From: Bacilli bacterium
GTDB lineage: Bacteria; Bacillota_I; Bacilli_A; RF39; UBA660
Direction: 5' to 3'
Assembly (NCBI GenBank): GCA_031549195.1
Contig: JAVBQF010000020.1
Span: forward strand, 17,894-81,893
DNA: 64,000 nucleotides
Shown here one piece after another: positions 1-10,810 of this stretch; within the stretch, counting starts at the first letter, position 1; each line of letters starts with the position of its first letter. Position numbers and translations under genes: made by a program. The notes under the pieces are model-generated. The model ran no database searches, was not told the origin of the DNA, and saw only the letters and a program-made list of their open reading frames with translations.

Positions 1-51
1 CACATTTCTATTTGGATTGTGTTCGTGCGAGTTTTCAGTCATCCATGGCAT
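1..51 (-). CDS. partial CDS: N-terminus of an unknown protein running off the window start
   Basis: Minus strand reads GAGGGGG RBS then ATG CCA TGG ATG ACT GAA AAC... continuing past position 1. Only ~17 codons are visible. Confidence 0.3.
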   Translation of the reverse strand, partial: MPWMTENSHEHNPNRNV

Positions 52-152
52 AATAATTGCCCCCTCTCAAATAATTGCTTATATAATAACACTGTTATTC
101 TAAAAAGTCCATAAAAATCGGAAGTTTAGTCTCTAACTCTTACTTTAGATTG

Positions 153-515
153 TTAATATTCTTTTTTGCTAGGAATAATCCCTCTTACTCCTCCTCTTGG
201 ATTTTCAATATCTCCAATATATCTTGGTATTAAATGAATATGTAAATGCATAACAGTTTGACCTGCTGCTTCATTACAATTTATCCCTATATTATAACCA
301 TCAGGAGAATATTTTTCATCTATTATTTTTTTAAACTCATCAATTAAATTAAATAAGGCGACTTTTTCTTCTATTGTCGCATCAAAGAAATTTTTAATAT
401 GTCTTTTTGTTATAAATATAGCATGTCCATTATTAACTGGATTATTGTCATACCTTGCATAAGCAAGTTCATTTTCTATTACAGTTACTTTGCTATCACA
501 AAACACACAATTCAT
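153..515 (-). CDS. HIT (histidine triad) family protein
   Basis: HLHIHLIPR histidine-triad motif and an N-terminal CVFC zinc motif. The track start at 548 is a TTG; an internal ATG at 513-515 (MNCVFCD) is more likely the real start. Confidence 0.7.
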   Translation of the reverse strand: MNCVFCDSKVTVIENELAYARYDNNPVNNGHAIFITKRHIKNFFDATIEEKVALFNLIDEFKKIIDEKYSPDGYNIGINCNEAAGQTVMHLHIHLIPRYIGDIENPRGGVRGIIPSKKEY

Positions 516-725
516 AATAATCCCTACTACAAATATTTTATCATACAAAAGGTATCTTTAAAACAAGCCAAAACTTTTTCAAGTCCTTTATAACTCACCA
601 TTTACAATGATAAACGGTCAGCTCTATTTATATTTACACATAGTTGCATATCCATATTCTGAATCATTAACAAAAACTGTTACAGTGACACAAATAGAAA
701 AAATATCAGAAAAACTAAAATCAAG

Positions 726-1514
726 TTACTCTTTTGAACCAAGTTTATAAACATAGCCTGGTTCAATAGATTCTTCTTTTCCTTCAACAACTTGACTTAC
801 AGTCTTAAAACTATACCCTTGTTCAATCAGTTTTGGCAGAACTGTTCCCATTGCATTTACTGAAGGTTTTTTAATATCATGTAATAAAATAATTGATCCC
901 TCATCATCTAGATTTGCATAGATTCGTGAGGCAATTTTTTCTTTGGTTGTCTCCGTAGTATCTACAGCAGAAAAATCCCAACCAATAAAAGGCACTCTTT
1001 CGCCATCTAAATTAGCCTCGTCTAAAACTTTTTGATTATAGGTACCTCCTGGTGCTCGAATAAAAGGTGCTACTTCGACCCCTATTTCCTCTAACAATAA
1101 TTGTGTTTTTTCTATTTCGTCATTTACTTCTTCAATTGTCATTTGTGTAAAAAGCTCATGAGAATAACCATGAATAGCAATATCATGTCCTCTATTATAT
1201 GCATCTAAAACTATAGCTCTGTTTCGTTCGTTCCTCTTAATTCTCCATCCAACTACGAAGAATGTGGCCTTTACACCATATTCATCTAAAGTATCTAACA
1301 ATTTTTCGGTATACATACATGGTCCATCATCAAATGTCAATACCACTACCTTTTCTTCTGGTTTTTCTTCGTCAAGCAGTGTTTTAACTATGTCACTTTT
1401 ACTACTTGCACTTGCAGTACAACTAGCAGATAATTTACTGTTAGTCGTCAACGCCATAACTAAAGATAATGCCACAGCAACCATAGGCTTGAGATTCAAA
1501 TTTTTAATCCCCAT
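726..1514 (-). CDS. polysaccharide deacetylase (NodB-type) lipoprotein
   Basis: N-terminal signal peptide with Cys. NodB-like segments VVLTFDDGP, RAPGG and a HGYSH-like stretch. Confidence 0.7.
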   Translation of the reverse strand: MGIKNLNLKPMVAVALSLVMALTTNSKLSASCTASASSKSDIVKTLLDEEKPEEKVVVLTFDDGPCMYTEKLLDTLDEYGVKATFFVVGWRIKRNERNRAIVLDAYNRGHDIAIHGYSHELFTQMTIEEVNDEIEKTQLLLEEIGVEVAPFIRAPGGTYNQKVLDEANLDGERVPFIGWDFSAVDTTETTKEKIASRIYANLDDEGSIILLHDIKKPSVNAMGTVLPKLIEQGYSFKTVSQVVEGKEESIEPGYVYKLGSKE

Positions 1515-1771
1515 TTTTATTCCCCCTCATTTATTGCGTGAATTATACCACAAAATAAGGTTTTTGTCAATTTGGACATCTAAAAAAATGGCTTTGATAG
1601 ATATATTATTCCTTCGCGTTGTTGACTATATAAAAATAACTATAGGCTATTAGATATTGATGAGTTGATTTTACTGCCAAAATAGAAATGAAAAACTTTA
1701 TGAAATTTTGATATATTTTTTCCATTAATTTTACTGTATAATTGAATAATAATTGTGAGAGGAGTAAACAT

Positions 1772-1969
1772 ATGTGGAAGGAAAATAAATTTGATACTGC
1801 AATTGGATATTTTTGGGGTGCTTCAGTATTTATCGGGGTACTAGTTGGTGTAATTCTTGGTTTTGGAGATACTAATTGGTTAGAAGCAAGCCTAATAGGT
1901 TTATGTACTTTCTTAATAACTGGCTTAGTTATAAGTGGTATTATTACCTTAGTGAAAACAAATAAATAA
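1772..1969 (+). CDS. small membrane protein
   Basis: GAGGAG RBS 8 nt before the ATG at 1772 (MWKENKFD). Two hydrophobic helices. The track start at 1742 lacks an RBS. Confidence 0.4.
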   Translation: MWKENKFDTAIGYFWGASVFIGVLVGVILGFGDTNWLEASLIGLCTFLITGLVISGIITLVKTNK

Positions 1970-2056
1970 TCTATTAACAAACTAAACATTAATGTGCAAT
2001 GCTAATGGCAAGTATATTCAAGTATGTAATATTGTATATAGTAAAAGGTATATAAA

Positions 2057-2095
2057 AATGATATGGTTATTAAATCTGACCATATCATTTTTATC
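2057..2095. terminator. bidirectional intrinsic terminator between convergent genes
   Basis: AAAAATGATATGG-loop-CCATATCATTTTT hairpin flanked by an A-run and a T-run. Confidence 0.5.
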
Positions 2096-2633
2096 AACTT
2101 AATATTTCATTTAAAATCTTGTATTCTTCTACATGAGGAAGCATTTGTGCCGAAGTAATTAGATTATTTAATTCTTCTTTATTCATCCACTTTGCTTCAC
2201 TAACCTCTTCTTCTTGCAAATCAATATTCTCTATAGGTATATCCTTATAAACAATGAATATACTAACAAATTCATTGCTAATAATTCCATTATTGTTTAA
2301 GCTTTCCTTTACTGCCTTAATATAATCCATCTTTAGACCATCACAGTTGATTCCAAGCTCTTCCTCTAATTCTCTAAGTGCGGCTTCTTTAGGTGTTTGT
2401 CCTGCTGAAATATGACCACCAACGGCAATATCCCAAGTATTTGGATATAGCTTCTTATCACAACTTCTTTTTTGCAATAAAGTCTTACTTTTATCCTCAC
2501 TAACTAACAATACATGAATTGAACCATGCCAAGTGCCATCTCTGTGCGCTTCGGATCTTGGAATAATTTCTCCGGTTCTTTGCCCTGTGTTCTCATCAAG
2601 GACATCTAACATTTCGACCATAAATACCTCCAC
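2094..2633 (-). CDS. NUDIX hydrolase
   Basis: Nudix box GGHISAGQTPKEAALRELEEELGI (GX5EX7REUXEEXGU pattern). Confidence 0.7.
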   Translation of the reverse strand: MEVFMVEMLDVLDENTGQRTGEIIPRSEAHRDGTWHGSIHVLLVSEDKSKTLLQKRSCDKKLYPNTWDIAVGGHISAGQTPKEAALRELEEELGINCDGLKMDYIKAVKESLNNNGIISNEFVSIFIVYKDIPIENIDLQEEEVSEAKWMNKEELNNLITSAQMLPHVEEYKILNEILS

Positions 2634-3085
2634 TATTTTTGTTTTTTAAGTAAGTCTCTTATTTCTTCTAAAATTTTTACATCATCTGGTTTTACAGGTG
2701 GTTCTGGCTTCTTTTCTTCTTCCTTAGTTTTAGTTAATTTATTTACTACTTTTACAAATATAAAAATGCAGAATGCTACTATAAGAAAATCAACAATATT
2801 TTGAATAAAAGCACCATATTTTATTACTGCTTCTCCAATAGTAACTGTTAATCCTTCAAAATTTTGTCCACCAATTATAATACCAACTGCTGGCATAATA
2901 ATATCATTTACAAGTGATGTAACTATTTTCCCAAATGCACCACCTATAATTACACCAACTGCTAAATCAATAACGTTTCCTCTTGAAATAAACTTTTTAA
3001 ATTCTCCAAAAAGTCCATCTACTGTTTTCTTCTTACTTTCTATTCCTTTTTTTAATGTTGTTTCTTTCCTTGTATCTTTTTTCAT
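2633..3085 (-). CDS. mscL: large-conductance mechanosensitive channel MscL, with a ~25-aa N-terminal extension
   Basis: [27 protein letters not shown] matches the MscL TM1 signature. AAGGAGAAG RBS before the ATG at 3085. Confidence 0.8.
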   Translation of the reverse strand: MKKDTRKETTLKKGIESKKKTVDGLFGEFKKFISRGNVIDLAVGVIIGGAFGKIVTSLVNDIIMPAVGIIIGGQNFEGLTVTIGEAVIKYGAFIQNIVDFLIVAFCIFIFVKVVNKLTKTKEEEKKPEPPVKPDDVKILEEIRDLLKKQK

Positions 3086-3174
3086 AAACTTCTCCTTTTA
3101 ATATATTTCAATTATATATTAAAATAGCCTAAAAGTGAATATTATTATATAATTAAGATATAAAGAGGTGTTAT

Positions 3175-3585
3175 ATGAAAGAAGTTTTTGAAGATAAAAA
3201 GAAAAGAATGATACAAGAAAATGAAGAGAAATATGGAGAAGAAATTATTAATTCTTATGGGGTGGAAACAGTAAACCAATCAAATGAGAAATTTATGAAA
3301 ATGTCACAAGAAGATTTTAATAAATTAAATAGTTTAAATGAGCAATTATTATTATTACTAAAAGAAGCCTATCTTGATGGTAATGTTAATGGAGAAAAAG
3401 CTAGGAAATGTGCATTACTTCATAAAGAATGGATTACAATGTGTTGGGGTGATTATTCACATGAGGCACATATTGGAGTATGTAATATGTATGTGGATGA
3501 TGATAGATTCAGAAAATTTTATGATAAAGAACAAGAAGGATTAGCAGAATTTTTAAGAGACTCAGTTAAAAATTTAAAAGATTAA
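3175..3585 (+). CDS. TipAS-like antibiotic-recognition domain protein
   Basis: C-terminal HIGVCNMYVDDDRFRKFYDKEQEGLAEFLRDSV resembles the TipAS domain consensus. Confidence 0.55.
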   Translation: MKEVFEDKKKRMIQENEEKYGEEIINSYGVETVNQSNEKFMKMSQEDFNKLNSLNEQLLLLLKEAYLDGNVNGEKARKCALLHKEWITMCWGDYSHEAHIGVCNMYVDDDRFRKFYDKEQEGLAEFLRDSVKNLKD

Positions 3586-3657
3586 TTTAATCTATTGACA
3601 TAATAGTAATTAAGTTTTATTATAATAATAGTAATTATTACTATTATCGGAGGTGCA

Positions 3658-4041
3658 ATGAAAAATTCAAATCAAAGAAATCTTATACTTGATATTGTAA
3701 ATAATTCTCACAACCATCCTACTGCAGATATTGTTTATGCAATTGCAAAGGATAGTATGCCTAATATAAGTTTAGGAACAGTATATCGTAATCTTAATCT
3801 ATTAGTAGAATTAGGACAAATTAAAAAAATTGCAATATACAATGGTCAAGATAGATTTGATAAAACAATAACACATCATCATCATTTAGTTTGCATTAAA
3901 TGTGGAAGGACATTTGATATTCTGTTAGAAGATAAGGATGAACTATGTAATGTTATTGAAAAGAGTACTGGCCATACAATAATAACTAATGATTTAGTTT
4001 TTAAAGGGATATGCAAAGATTGTAAAAAGGAGGAAAGATAA
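3658..4041 (+). CDS. perR: Fur family transcriptional regulator, peroxide-responsive (PerR-like)
   Basis: HHHHLVC..C metal-binding motif and DNA-binding N-terminus. Sits directly upstream of desulfoferrodoxin and rubrerythrin. Confidence 0.75.
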   Translation: MKNSNQRNLILDIVNNSHNHPTADIVYAIAKDSMPNISLGTVYRNLNLLVELGQIKKIAIYNGQDRFDKTITHHHHLVCIKCGRTFDILLEDKDELCNVIEKSTGHTIITNDLVFKGICKDCKKEER

Positions 4042-4430
4042 TGGAAAAAGTAAAGTTCTATGTATGTAAGCACTGTGGAAACGTGGTTTATAAACCATAT
4101 GACTCTAATGTGCCAGTAGTGTGCTGTGGAGAAAAGGTGGAAGAATTAGTGCCTAATACAAAGGATGCGGCTATTGAAAAACACGTACCAGTCATCAAAC
4201 AAGAAGATGATGATAACGGTTATTATAAAACAATTGTAACAGTTGGAGAAGTAATACATCCAATGACAGATGATCACTATATTACATTTATAGTTATTGC
4301 TGATGATGAAAACATTATATTTAAAAAATTACAGGCTGGTGATACACCTGAGTTAGTAGCATATACTAAAGGTGATGTAACGGCTTATGAATATTGTAAT
4401 TTACATGGTTTATGGAAGGGAGAAAAATAA
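4041..4430 (+). CDS. dfx: desulfoferrodoxin (superoxide reductase)
   Basis: N-terminal CxxC...CC desulforedoxin centre and EKHVPV centre II motif. Confidence 0.8.
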   Translation: MEKVKFYVCKHCGNVVYKPYDSNVPVVCCGEKVEELVPNTKDAAIEKHVPVIKQEDDDNGYYKTIVTVGEVIHPMTDDHYITFIVIADDENIIFKKLQAGDTPELVAYTKGDVTAYEYCNLHGLWKGEK

Positions 4431-4431
4431 C

Positions 4432-4974
4432 ATGGAATTAAAAGGATCAAAAACAGAAAAAAATTTACTAGCAGCATTTGCTGGGGAAAGCCAAGCAAGA
4501 AATAAGTATACTTATTATGCTTCTCAAGCTAAAAAAGAAGGATATGAACAAATAGCAGCAATATTTGAAGAAACTGCAAATAACGAGAAAGAACATGCTA
4601 AACTATGGTTTAAATACCTACATGGTGGAGCTGTACCTACAACATTAGACAACTTAAAAGATGCTGCTGATGGTGAGAACTACGAGTGGACAGATATGTA
4701 TAAGGAATTTGCTGATACAGCAAAAGAAGAAGGATTTAAAGAATTAGCTTTTCTATTTGATGCTGTTGCTAAAATAGAAAAAGAACATGAAGAAAGATAC
4801 TTAACTCTTCTTAAGAATATTGAAGATGAAAGAGTATTTGAAAAGAGTGAAAGTAAGATTTGGATATGTAGGAATTGTGGACACGTTTATGTTGGAACTA
4901 AGGCATTAGAAGTTTGCCCTGTATGTAAGCATCCGAAAAGTTATATGGAAGTAAAAGCTGATAATTACAAGTAA
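4432..4974 (+). CDS. rbr: rubrerythrin
   Basis: N-terminal diiron ferritin-like domain ([19 protein letters not shown]) and C-terminal rubredoxin CxxC...CxxC. GGGAG RBS before the ATG at 4432; the track start at 4387 overlaps dfx. Confidence 0.85.
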   Translation: MELKGSKTEKNLLAAFAGESQARNKYTYYASQAKKEGYEQIAAIFEETANNEKEHAKLWFKYLHGGAVPTTLDNLKDAADGENYEWTDMYKEFADTAKEEGFKELAFLFDAVAKIEKEHEERYLTLLKNIEDERVFEKSESKIWICRNCGHVYVGTKALEVCPVCKHPKSYMEVKADNYK

Positions 4975-5083
4975 TATAGAAGTAAGCACTACAATGTGGT
5001 GCTTTTTAAATACTAAAAATTTGCATTACTGCATAAAATATTATATAATAACTCTACAACCATAAAAAGGAGAGAATAATTAA

Positions 5084-6040
5084 ATGAGCCCGAAAAAGAA
5101 AATATTGATTGGTGTATACGCATTCATTTTTATTACACTAATTAGTATTACAGCATATTTATCACTACCTAAGAAGATAACTTTAGTAGTCGATAATGAT
5201 GTAAAAGAAATAAAAACTGGTTATATATTTACTAATGAGTTTATTGATAAATATATGTCAGAAGTAGAGAAAGATTATATTGTAGAAACCGAAAATAATA
5301 CATTAGATCTAATTGCACTTTCAAATTCTATAACAATAAAAACAAAGAAAGATATTAAAGTCATTATTGGAACAGAAGAAAGAGAAGTTTCTACTTATGC
5401 GGTTATAGTTAAGGAATTATATACTGAATTAGAACTAAAAAATGATGGGATGAATGAATATGTATTAAAAGAAATAGATGAAGATTCATTATTAAATGAT
5501 GGAGATACTATTAAAATATCTCATATAACAAAGGATACTAAAGAAGAGACTAAGGAAGAGTATTTATCTATAATATATAAGAATAATAATTCTTTATATG
5601 TAGGTGATAGTAAAGTTGTCACAAATGCTTTGCCAAAGAAAATCCTTGAAGTATATGATATTACATATGAAAACGGAAAAGAGATAAATAAAGTACTAGT
5701 TAGTAGCACTATCATACAAAATGGAATTGCTAAGGTAGTTGAGCAAGGAACTAAAGTCTACGTGCCTTCAACAACTACTGTATCTGGTGATGTAACCGTA
5801 TGGGATAACCTTGCACAATGTGAATCCAGTGGTAATTGGCATGTCAACAGTGGTAATGGTTACTATGGTGGATTACAATTTAGTGCTGCAACTTGGAGAA
5901 ATGCCGCTTCAGCTGTCGGAGTAAAAGCTTCATATGCACACCAAGCAAGTAAGGCAGAACAAATTTTAGCAGCAACATGGCTACAAAAAAACTATGGTTG
6001 GGGACAGTGGCCAGAATGTTCAAGGAAATTAGGATTATAA
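5084..6040 (+). CDS. RpfB/YabE-like protein (membrane anchor, DUF348/G5-like repeats, C-terminal Rpf transglycosylase-like domain)
   Basis: C-terminal CESSGNW...NGYYGGLQFS..TW matches the Rpf-type lytic transglycosylase-like domain. One N-terminal TM. A TTGCAT-17-TATAAT promoter lies upstream. Confidence 0.65.
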   Translation: MSPKKKILIGVYAFIFITLISITAYLSLPKKITLVVDNDVKEIKTGYIFTNEFIDKYMSEVEKDYIVETENNTLDLIALSNSITIKTKKDIKVIIGTEEREVSTYAVIVKELYTELELKNDGMNEYVLKEIDEDSLLNDGDTIKISHITKDTKEETKEEYLSIIYKNNNSLYVGDSKVVTNALPKKILEVYDITYENGKEINKVLVSSTIIQNGIAKVVEQGTKVYVPSTTTVSGDVTVWDNLAQCESSGNWHVNSGNGYYGGLQFSAATWRNAASAVGVKASYAHQASKAEQILAATWLQKNYGWGQWPECSRKLGL

Positions 6041-6075
6041 AATACTACTAGTTAGTATTTTTTTTAAGAGGTATT

Positions 6076-6771
6076 ATGAATGATGAGATATTAATTAAAA
6101 ATTCTGTTAACAATTTAAAAAAAGGAAAATCAACTAAATTCTTAAACACAAAAGAATTAAATATGATTATTCCATTTTTAAATAAAGAACATATTAAATA
6201 TAATGTTTATTATCAGTTTGAAGATGCTGATAAGGTTATTATATATAATGACGTATTACCTTCTATAACTTGTTTTAAATTAGAGACTAAGGGTGTATTT
6301 AAACATTCAGATATACTTGGTAGTATTTTTTCGCTTTCAATAGAAATTGAAAACTTTGGAAGTATTATTATATCAGAAAATAACTACTATATCATTGTTT
6401 TGTCATCAATAGCTAATTATGTTAAATATAACCTAATCAGTATTGGTAAATATAATGTTGCGTTAAATGAAGTTGATATAAAAGAAATAGCACATTATAA
6501 AGTTCAATATGTAGAATTAACTTTTACTGTTAGTAGCGAGCGAATAGATAATGTTATATCACATATTACAAATACTAGTAGAAGTAAAGTAATAGACCTA
6601 ATTAAAGATAAAAGCGTGATATTGAATTATGGAATATTAGAAAATAATAGTTACTATTTAAGAAATGGAGATATCTTCTCTATTAGAAAGTTTGGTAAGT
6701 TCAAATATATTGGAGTTATTAACATTAGCAAAAACAAAAAGTTTGTTATTAAAGTTTTGAAATACAATTAA
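6076..6771 (+). CDS. YlmH-like RNA-binding protein with a C-terminal S4 domain
   Basis: C-terminal RIDNVISHITNTSRSKVIDLIKDKSVILNYG is an S4-like motif. Confidence 0.45.
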   Translation: MNDEILIKNSVNNLKKGKSTKFLNTKELNMIIPFLNKEHIKYNVYYQFEDADKVIIYNDVLPSITCFKLETKGVFKHSDILGSIFSLSIEIENFGSIIISENNYYIIVLSSIANYVKYNLISIGKYNVALNEVDIKEIAHYKVQYVELTFTVSSERIDNVISHITNTSRSKVIDLIKDKSVILNYGILENNSYYLRNGDIFSIRKFGKFKYIGVINISKNKKFVIKVLKYN

Positions 6772-7268
6772 GATTGTATTTTTTTATTAAAATGCTTTTC
6801 TAACATTCTATTCATTACTCTAAAGTCTACATATCTTTCTATATTTTTGTTTAGTGCTAAAAGCTCTTTAACCAAGGATGAACTTATATGTCTATAATTG
6901 GGATCTGCTAAAAGAATTACTGTTTCTATCTCTTCCTCACTAGTTTCTTTGTTTACTTGCGCAAGTGTCATTTCATAATCTAAATCGCTATTTTTCCTAA
7001 TACCTCTTATTAATGCAATACATCCTTCTTTCTTTGCAACATCTATTGCTGAATCCATACTTAATACTACTTTTACATTAGGCATTTCTTTATACAGTTC
7101 TCTTATTAATTCGACTCTTTCTTGTTTGGTAAAGAACCTTCCTTTTTTCGCACTATTATGTAGTACTGCAATTACCACTTTATCAAATAGTTTAAGGGTT
7201 TTATTGATAATATCCATATGCCCTTTTGTTATTGGATCAAAACTACCTGCATATAATACTTTCTTCAT
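6768..7268 (-). CDS. coaD: phosphopantetheine adenylyltransferase
   Basis: MKKVLYAGSFDPITKGHMDII has the T/HxGH nucleotidyltransferase motif. Typical CoaD length. Confidence 0.85.
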   Translation of the reverse strand: MKKVLYAGSFDPITKGHMDIINKTLKLFDKVVIAVLHNSAKKGRFFTKQERVELIRELYKEMPNVKVVLSMDSAIDVAKKEGCIALIRGIRKNSDLDYEMTLAQVNKETSEEEIETVILLADPNYRHISSSLVKELLALNKNIERYVDFRVMNRMLEKHFNKKIQS

Positions 7269-7827
7269 ATATTCTTAATATCTCCTTTCTTATATCTTTA
7301 TTTTCATTTTCAATTACATATTTAAAATTGTAATCAACATAATTTAAACTTGCTTTTTCTCTTTCTTTAAATTTATTTTTACTAATATTATCTCTTTTTA
7401 TCGCACGGTTTTGTCTTATTTCAAATGAGGTAGTTACTAATATGTTAAAGTCATTCCTTTTGAAGTATTTAGTATTTGGAAGCAATGCCCAATCTAATAT
7501 TATTATTTTAGATTTATTATCTTTAATTATGTTGTCAATTATTTCTTTCATTGTATTCCATGTAATTTTTTTTAATAGATTCATCTTTTCTTTACTATTA
7601 AATACTATCTTCCCTAATTCTTTCCTGCTTATTTTATTGTTTATTAATACTATATCTCCAAAGGCAACTACAATACTTTTCTTAATTTCTTCTTTTTCTA
7701 ATACTGTATGACCAATTTTATCTACATCAATGGAAATTATATTTTTATTTATTTCTTTGAATTTATCTGTAACATACCCTTTACCACTACCAGATTTTCC
7801 AGTAATGCCAATAATCATTTGTATCAC
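7243..7827 (-). CDS. coaE: dephospho-CoA kinase-like P-loop kinase
   Basis: IGITGKSGSGKG P-loop and FG..I.....ISR.ELGKIVF, similar to the CoaE core. Overlaps coaD. Confidence 0.6.
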   Translation of the reverse strand: MIQMIIGITGKSGSGKGYVTDKFKEINKNIISIDVDKIGHTVLEKEEIKKSIVVAFGDIVLINNKISRKELGKIVFNSKEKMNLLKKITWNTMKEIIDNIIKDNKSKIIILDWALLPNTKYFKRNDFNILVTTSFEIRQNRAIKRDNISKNKFKEREKASLNYVDYNFKYVIENENKDIRKEILRIYEESIICR

Positions 7828-7905
7828 CTCTTACTTGCAGTATATACAAATTTTATATATAATGAAAATACATATTATTTATGTATATAATAACTGGAGG
7901 TTATA

Positions 7906-8796
7906 ATGAATATTAATTATGAATTATATAAGATTTTTTATACTGTTGCAAAAAATGAGAATATTACAAAGGCATCTGTTGAACTGATGATTTCACAACC
8001 AGCAATAAGCAAATCAATTAAAAATTTAGAAGAACAATTAGGAGGCGAACTCTTCACAAGAACAAAAAGAGGGGTTACATTAACAGAAGAAGGTAAAGAA
8101 TTTTATAAATATATTGAACAAGCTATTTTATATATTAATAATGCTGAGAGTAAGTTTACTGAATTGATAAGTCTAAATACTGGTAAGATATCAATTGGTT
8201 CTAGCAGTACTCTTTTAACTAGTCATTTTTTAGCTCCTTATCTTGGTAAATTTCATAAACTTTTTCCAAAAATTCATATTGAAGTTGTTACTGGAGAAGT
8301 GACATCTTTAGTAAAAGACTTGAGAAATGGTCTTCTTGACATGCTTATAGTTATGCTTCCAATAGATGAGCAAAATGACTTAGAAATAATTAACTGTTTA
8401 ACCTTTGAAGATGTTTTTATTGTTGGTGATGATTATATGGAATTACATAATAAAGAAGTTAAATTAGAAACCTTAACTAACTATCCACTAATATTTCCAG
8501 TTTTAGAGTTTAATGATAGAAAAAATTTAGATAAGTTTTTAATTGATAGTAATGTTCAACTTAAACCAGCAATGGAATTATCTAGTTATACATTAATAAA
8601 GGACTTTACAAAAAATGGTTTTGGCATTGGCTTTGTTCCAAGTATATTTGTAAATGAAGAAGTAAAAGACAGGATCCTGTCCATCATTAATATTGAACCT
8701 AAAATTCCACATAGGTATATTGCTATTGCACATCTAAAGAGAAAGGATGTTAGTTTTAGCACAAAGAAGCTAATTGAACTTATAATAAAAGAATAA
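7906..8796 (+). CDS. LysR family transcriptional regulator
   Basis: N-terminal HTH (ITKASVELMISQPAISKSIKNLEEQLG) plus a ~200-aa substrate-binding domain. Confidence 0.8.
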   Translation: MNINYELYKIFYTVAKNENITKASVELMISQPAISKSIKNLEEQLGGELFTRTKRGVTLTEEGKEFYKYIEQAILYINNAESKFTELISLNTGKISIGSSSTLLTSHFLAPYLGKFHKLFPKIHIEVVTGEVTSLVKDLRNGLLDMLIVMLPIDEQNDLEIINCLTFEDVFIVGDDYMELHNKEVKLETLTNYPLIFPVLEFNDRKNLDKFLIDSNVQLKPAMELSSYTLIKDFTKNGFGIGFVPSIFVNEEVKDRILSIINIEPKIPHRYIAIAHLKRKDVSFSTKKLIELIIKE

Positions 8797-8889
8797 TAAT
8801 TATCTATAACATTAGGTTATGCTAGGCATGTAGAATATGTATTGTTTTTATCAACAACGGCGTGCTATACTTATTTTAGGTGAGTAATT

Positions 8890-9975
8890 ATGGAAAAGAG
8901 AAAAGCATTATGTATGGGCAGATGGGCTCCCTCACATAAAGGACATATAAAATTTATTATGGACCTAACAAGGCAGTTTGATGAGGTTCATATTGGAATT
9001 GGTAGCTGTTATGAGGTTGGAAATAGTAGACACCCTCTTTTAGCAATATTAAGGGAAAAAATGCTTTTATTAAGTTTGTATCATGAAGGTTGTGATTTAA
9101 GCAAAATAAAAGTATCTCACATTCAAGACTTTGAAAGATTTGAGGATTGGATGGACCATGTTTTAAAATTAGTAAAAAGAGAGGGAATAACGCATTTTGT
9201 TACTGGTAATAAGGAAGATATTTTAAACGTAATAGAAGAAAAAGGACTAGAACTTGACTTAGAATTTATAAATCCAGAGCTTACTAGTAGTATCCCATAT
9301 CATGCAACTGATTTGAGAAATGCTATTGCAACTGGTGATTATGAAAAATTTAAAGAAATTGCCGCTTCTGGGACTATTGAGCTGATGGGAATGGCTAATG
9401 GCTTTGAAGGAATAAAAGAAGCTATTGATAATGACGCACCAAGCTTTTATAGCGGAAGGCAAACAGCAGATGTTGTTGTTACTTTATCAGAAAAGAAAAG
9501 AGCACCATCTGGTGATATTTATTATGATGATTATATACTTTGTGGAATTAGGCCAGGTGATAAAAGGGATTTTGACAACTATTTGGGACTTCCTGGAGCA
9601 GAAATAGAAGAGTATGAATCACCCATAGATACCGCAATTAGAGCATTAAAAGAAAAAGTTAATCTTGATGTAACTATGCTTGATAGAAAATATGAACCTG
9701 CTCCTGTCCTATTGCATACTTCAAAGGGAAAAGTTATTGCAACTCTTAATTTTTTAAAATTATTTAATTCCTCTAAACTGGCCGGAACATATGGTGGTTC
9801 AAGTCAGTGTTTTCACATTCCTCTTTATGGTAATGTTGCTGAATTTAACAATGTAGGTGATACTCCATATTTAAGAGATGTAAAGTTCATGAGAGCTGAA
9901 GACGCTATGAAACAAGGACTGGCATATGAACAAACGGCTATGGTAAAAGCGGCGATTAAGAGATTAAATCATTAG
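8890..9975 (+). CDS. NadM-like bifunctional nicotinamide-nucleotide adenylyltransferase / Nudix hydrolase
   Basis: N-terminal GRWAPSHKGH (archaeal-type NMNAT HxGH motif). C-terminal GLPGAEIEEYESPIDTAIRALKEK is a Nudix-like box. Confidence 0.5.
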   Translation: MEKRKALCMGRWAPSHKGHIKFIMDLTRQFDEVHIGIGSCYEVGNSRHPLLAILREKMLLLSLYHEGCDLSKIKVSHIQDFERFEDWMDHVLKLVKREGITHFVTGNKEDILNVIEEKGLELDLEFINPELTSSIPYHATDLRNAIATGDYEKFKEIAASGTIELMGMANGFEGIKEAIDNDAPSFYSGRQTADVVVTLSEKKRAPSGDIYYDDYILCGIRPGDKRDFDNYLGLPGAEIEEYESPIDTAIRALKEKVNLDVTMLDRKYEPAPVLLHTSKGKVIATLNFLKLFNSSKLAGTYGGSSQCFHIPLYGNVAEFNNVGDTPYLRDVKFMRAEDAMKQGLAYEQTAMVKAAIKRLNH

Positions 9976-10003
9976 AAAAGACTTCAAAGTTGAAGTCTTT
10001 TTA

Positions 10004-10810
10004 TTATTCAAGATTTAATTTAGTTGATACTACTTTAATAGTTAAAACTTGCTCAATAATATTAAATATTAAAATAAGAATTAAACTTGCACTCATCAGT
10101 TGCAACATTGCATTTACAGGGATAATATCCATTGATAACTCATTAATAATATTTGGATTGATTATACATACTACTCCTACAGAAATTAAAGATGCAAATT
10201 GTAATATAATGTATATTATAATTCCATATACAACTGAAGCTATTATCTTGTTATTGTTTCTTTTGTGTCCAAGAGCAATAGCTAAATACACAGTTACTAA
10301 GTAATTAATATATGACAAAAATATTAATCCCCCAAATATAAGTGTACCAAGTAATTTACTACCACAAACTTCTGAGAAAACTCCCATAACTGATTCTACA
10401 ATTTGAATAAAATTTGGTATTCCAATAAAAAGTGCTGATATAAGTACTATTACACTCGTAAGAAAAGTAATTATTGAACTAAGCAGTTTAGAATTAATTA
10501 TAGCTTTCTTTGTCACAGGTAATGTGTTTGTCAAATACCCTTCATCTTTATATATATTATAATAAAATCTTTCTGCAGATATAAACAAAGTAAATACTAA
10601 TATAATAATTGCTGATAGGAAAAACATTATTTTAATAGGGACTGAAATCATCGACAAGATTGCAAGTTTATCTGATGATACTGCAATAAGATTATTTGTT
10701 ATAAGACTTATTCCTCTTTCTAATAACGCTAATAATATTAAAACTATATAATAAGGAATTAATCTTTTCCCCATTGATTTTAAATCATATTTCATCAATT
10801 TGCTTAACAT
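10004..10810 (-). CDS. ABC-2 type transporter permease
   Basis: Six hydrophobic segments. Overlaps the upstream ABC ATPase gene. Confidence 0.6.
   Translation of the reverse strand: MLSKLMKYDLKSMGKRLIPYYIVLILLALLERGISLITNNLIAVSSDKLAILSMISVPIKIMFFLSAIIILVFTLFISAERFYYNIYKDEGYLTNTLPVTKKAIINSKLLSSIITFLTSVIVLISALFIGIPNFIQIVESVMGVFSEVCGSKLLGTLIFGGLIFLSYINYLVTVYLAIALGHKRNNNKIIASVVYGIIIYIILQFASLISVGVVCIINPNIINELSMDIIPVNAMLQLMSASLILILIFNIIEQVLTIKVVSTKLNLE

Noticed and set aside
399-593. Numerous short ORFs in the six-frame track that lie antisense to, or nested within, confident genes (e.g. 399-593, 1264-1653, 1606-1989, 5521-5715, 7442-7711, 9259-9462, 12406-12765, 26025-26393, 26718-27152, 35706-35972, 40742-41026, 47003-47389, 49551-49781, 51422-51754, 54004-54267, 58479-58874, 62415-62600).
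   Set aside because: They overlap well-supported CDSs on the other strand, lack ribosome-binding sites, and their low-complexity Ile/Leu/Phe/Ser-rich translations are what AT-rich antisense DNA typically produces.
4975-5083. Cyclic-di-AMP (ydaO-type) riboswitch upstream of the Rpf-like gene.
   Set aside because: The interval contains the rbr terminator and a TTGCAT-17-TATAAT promoter, leaving only a ~35-nt leader.
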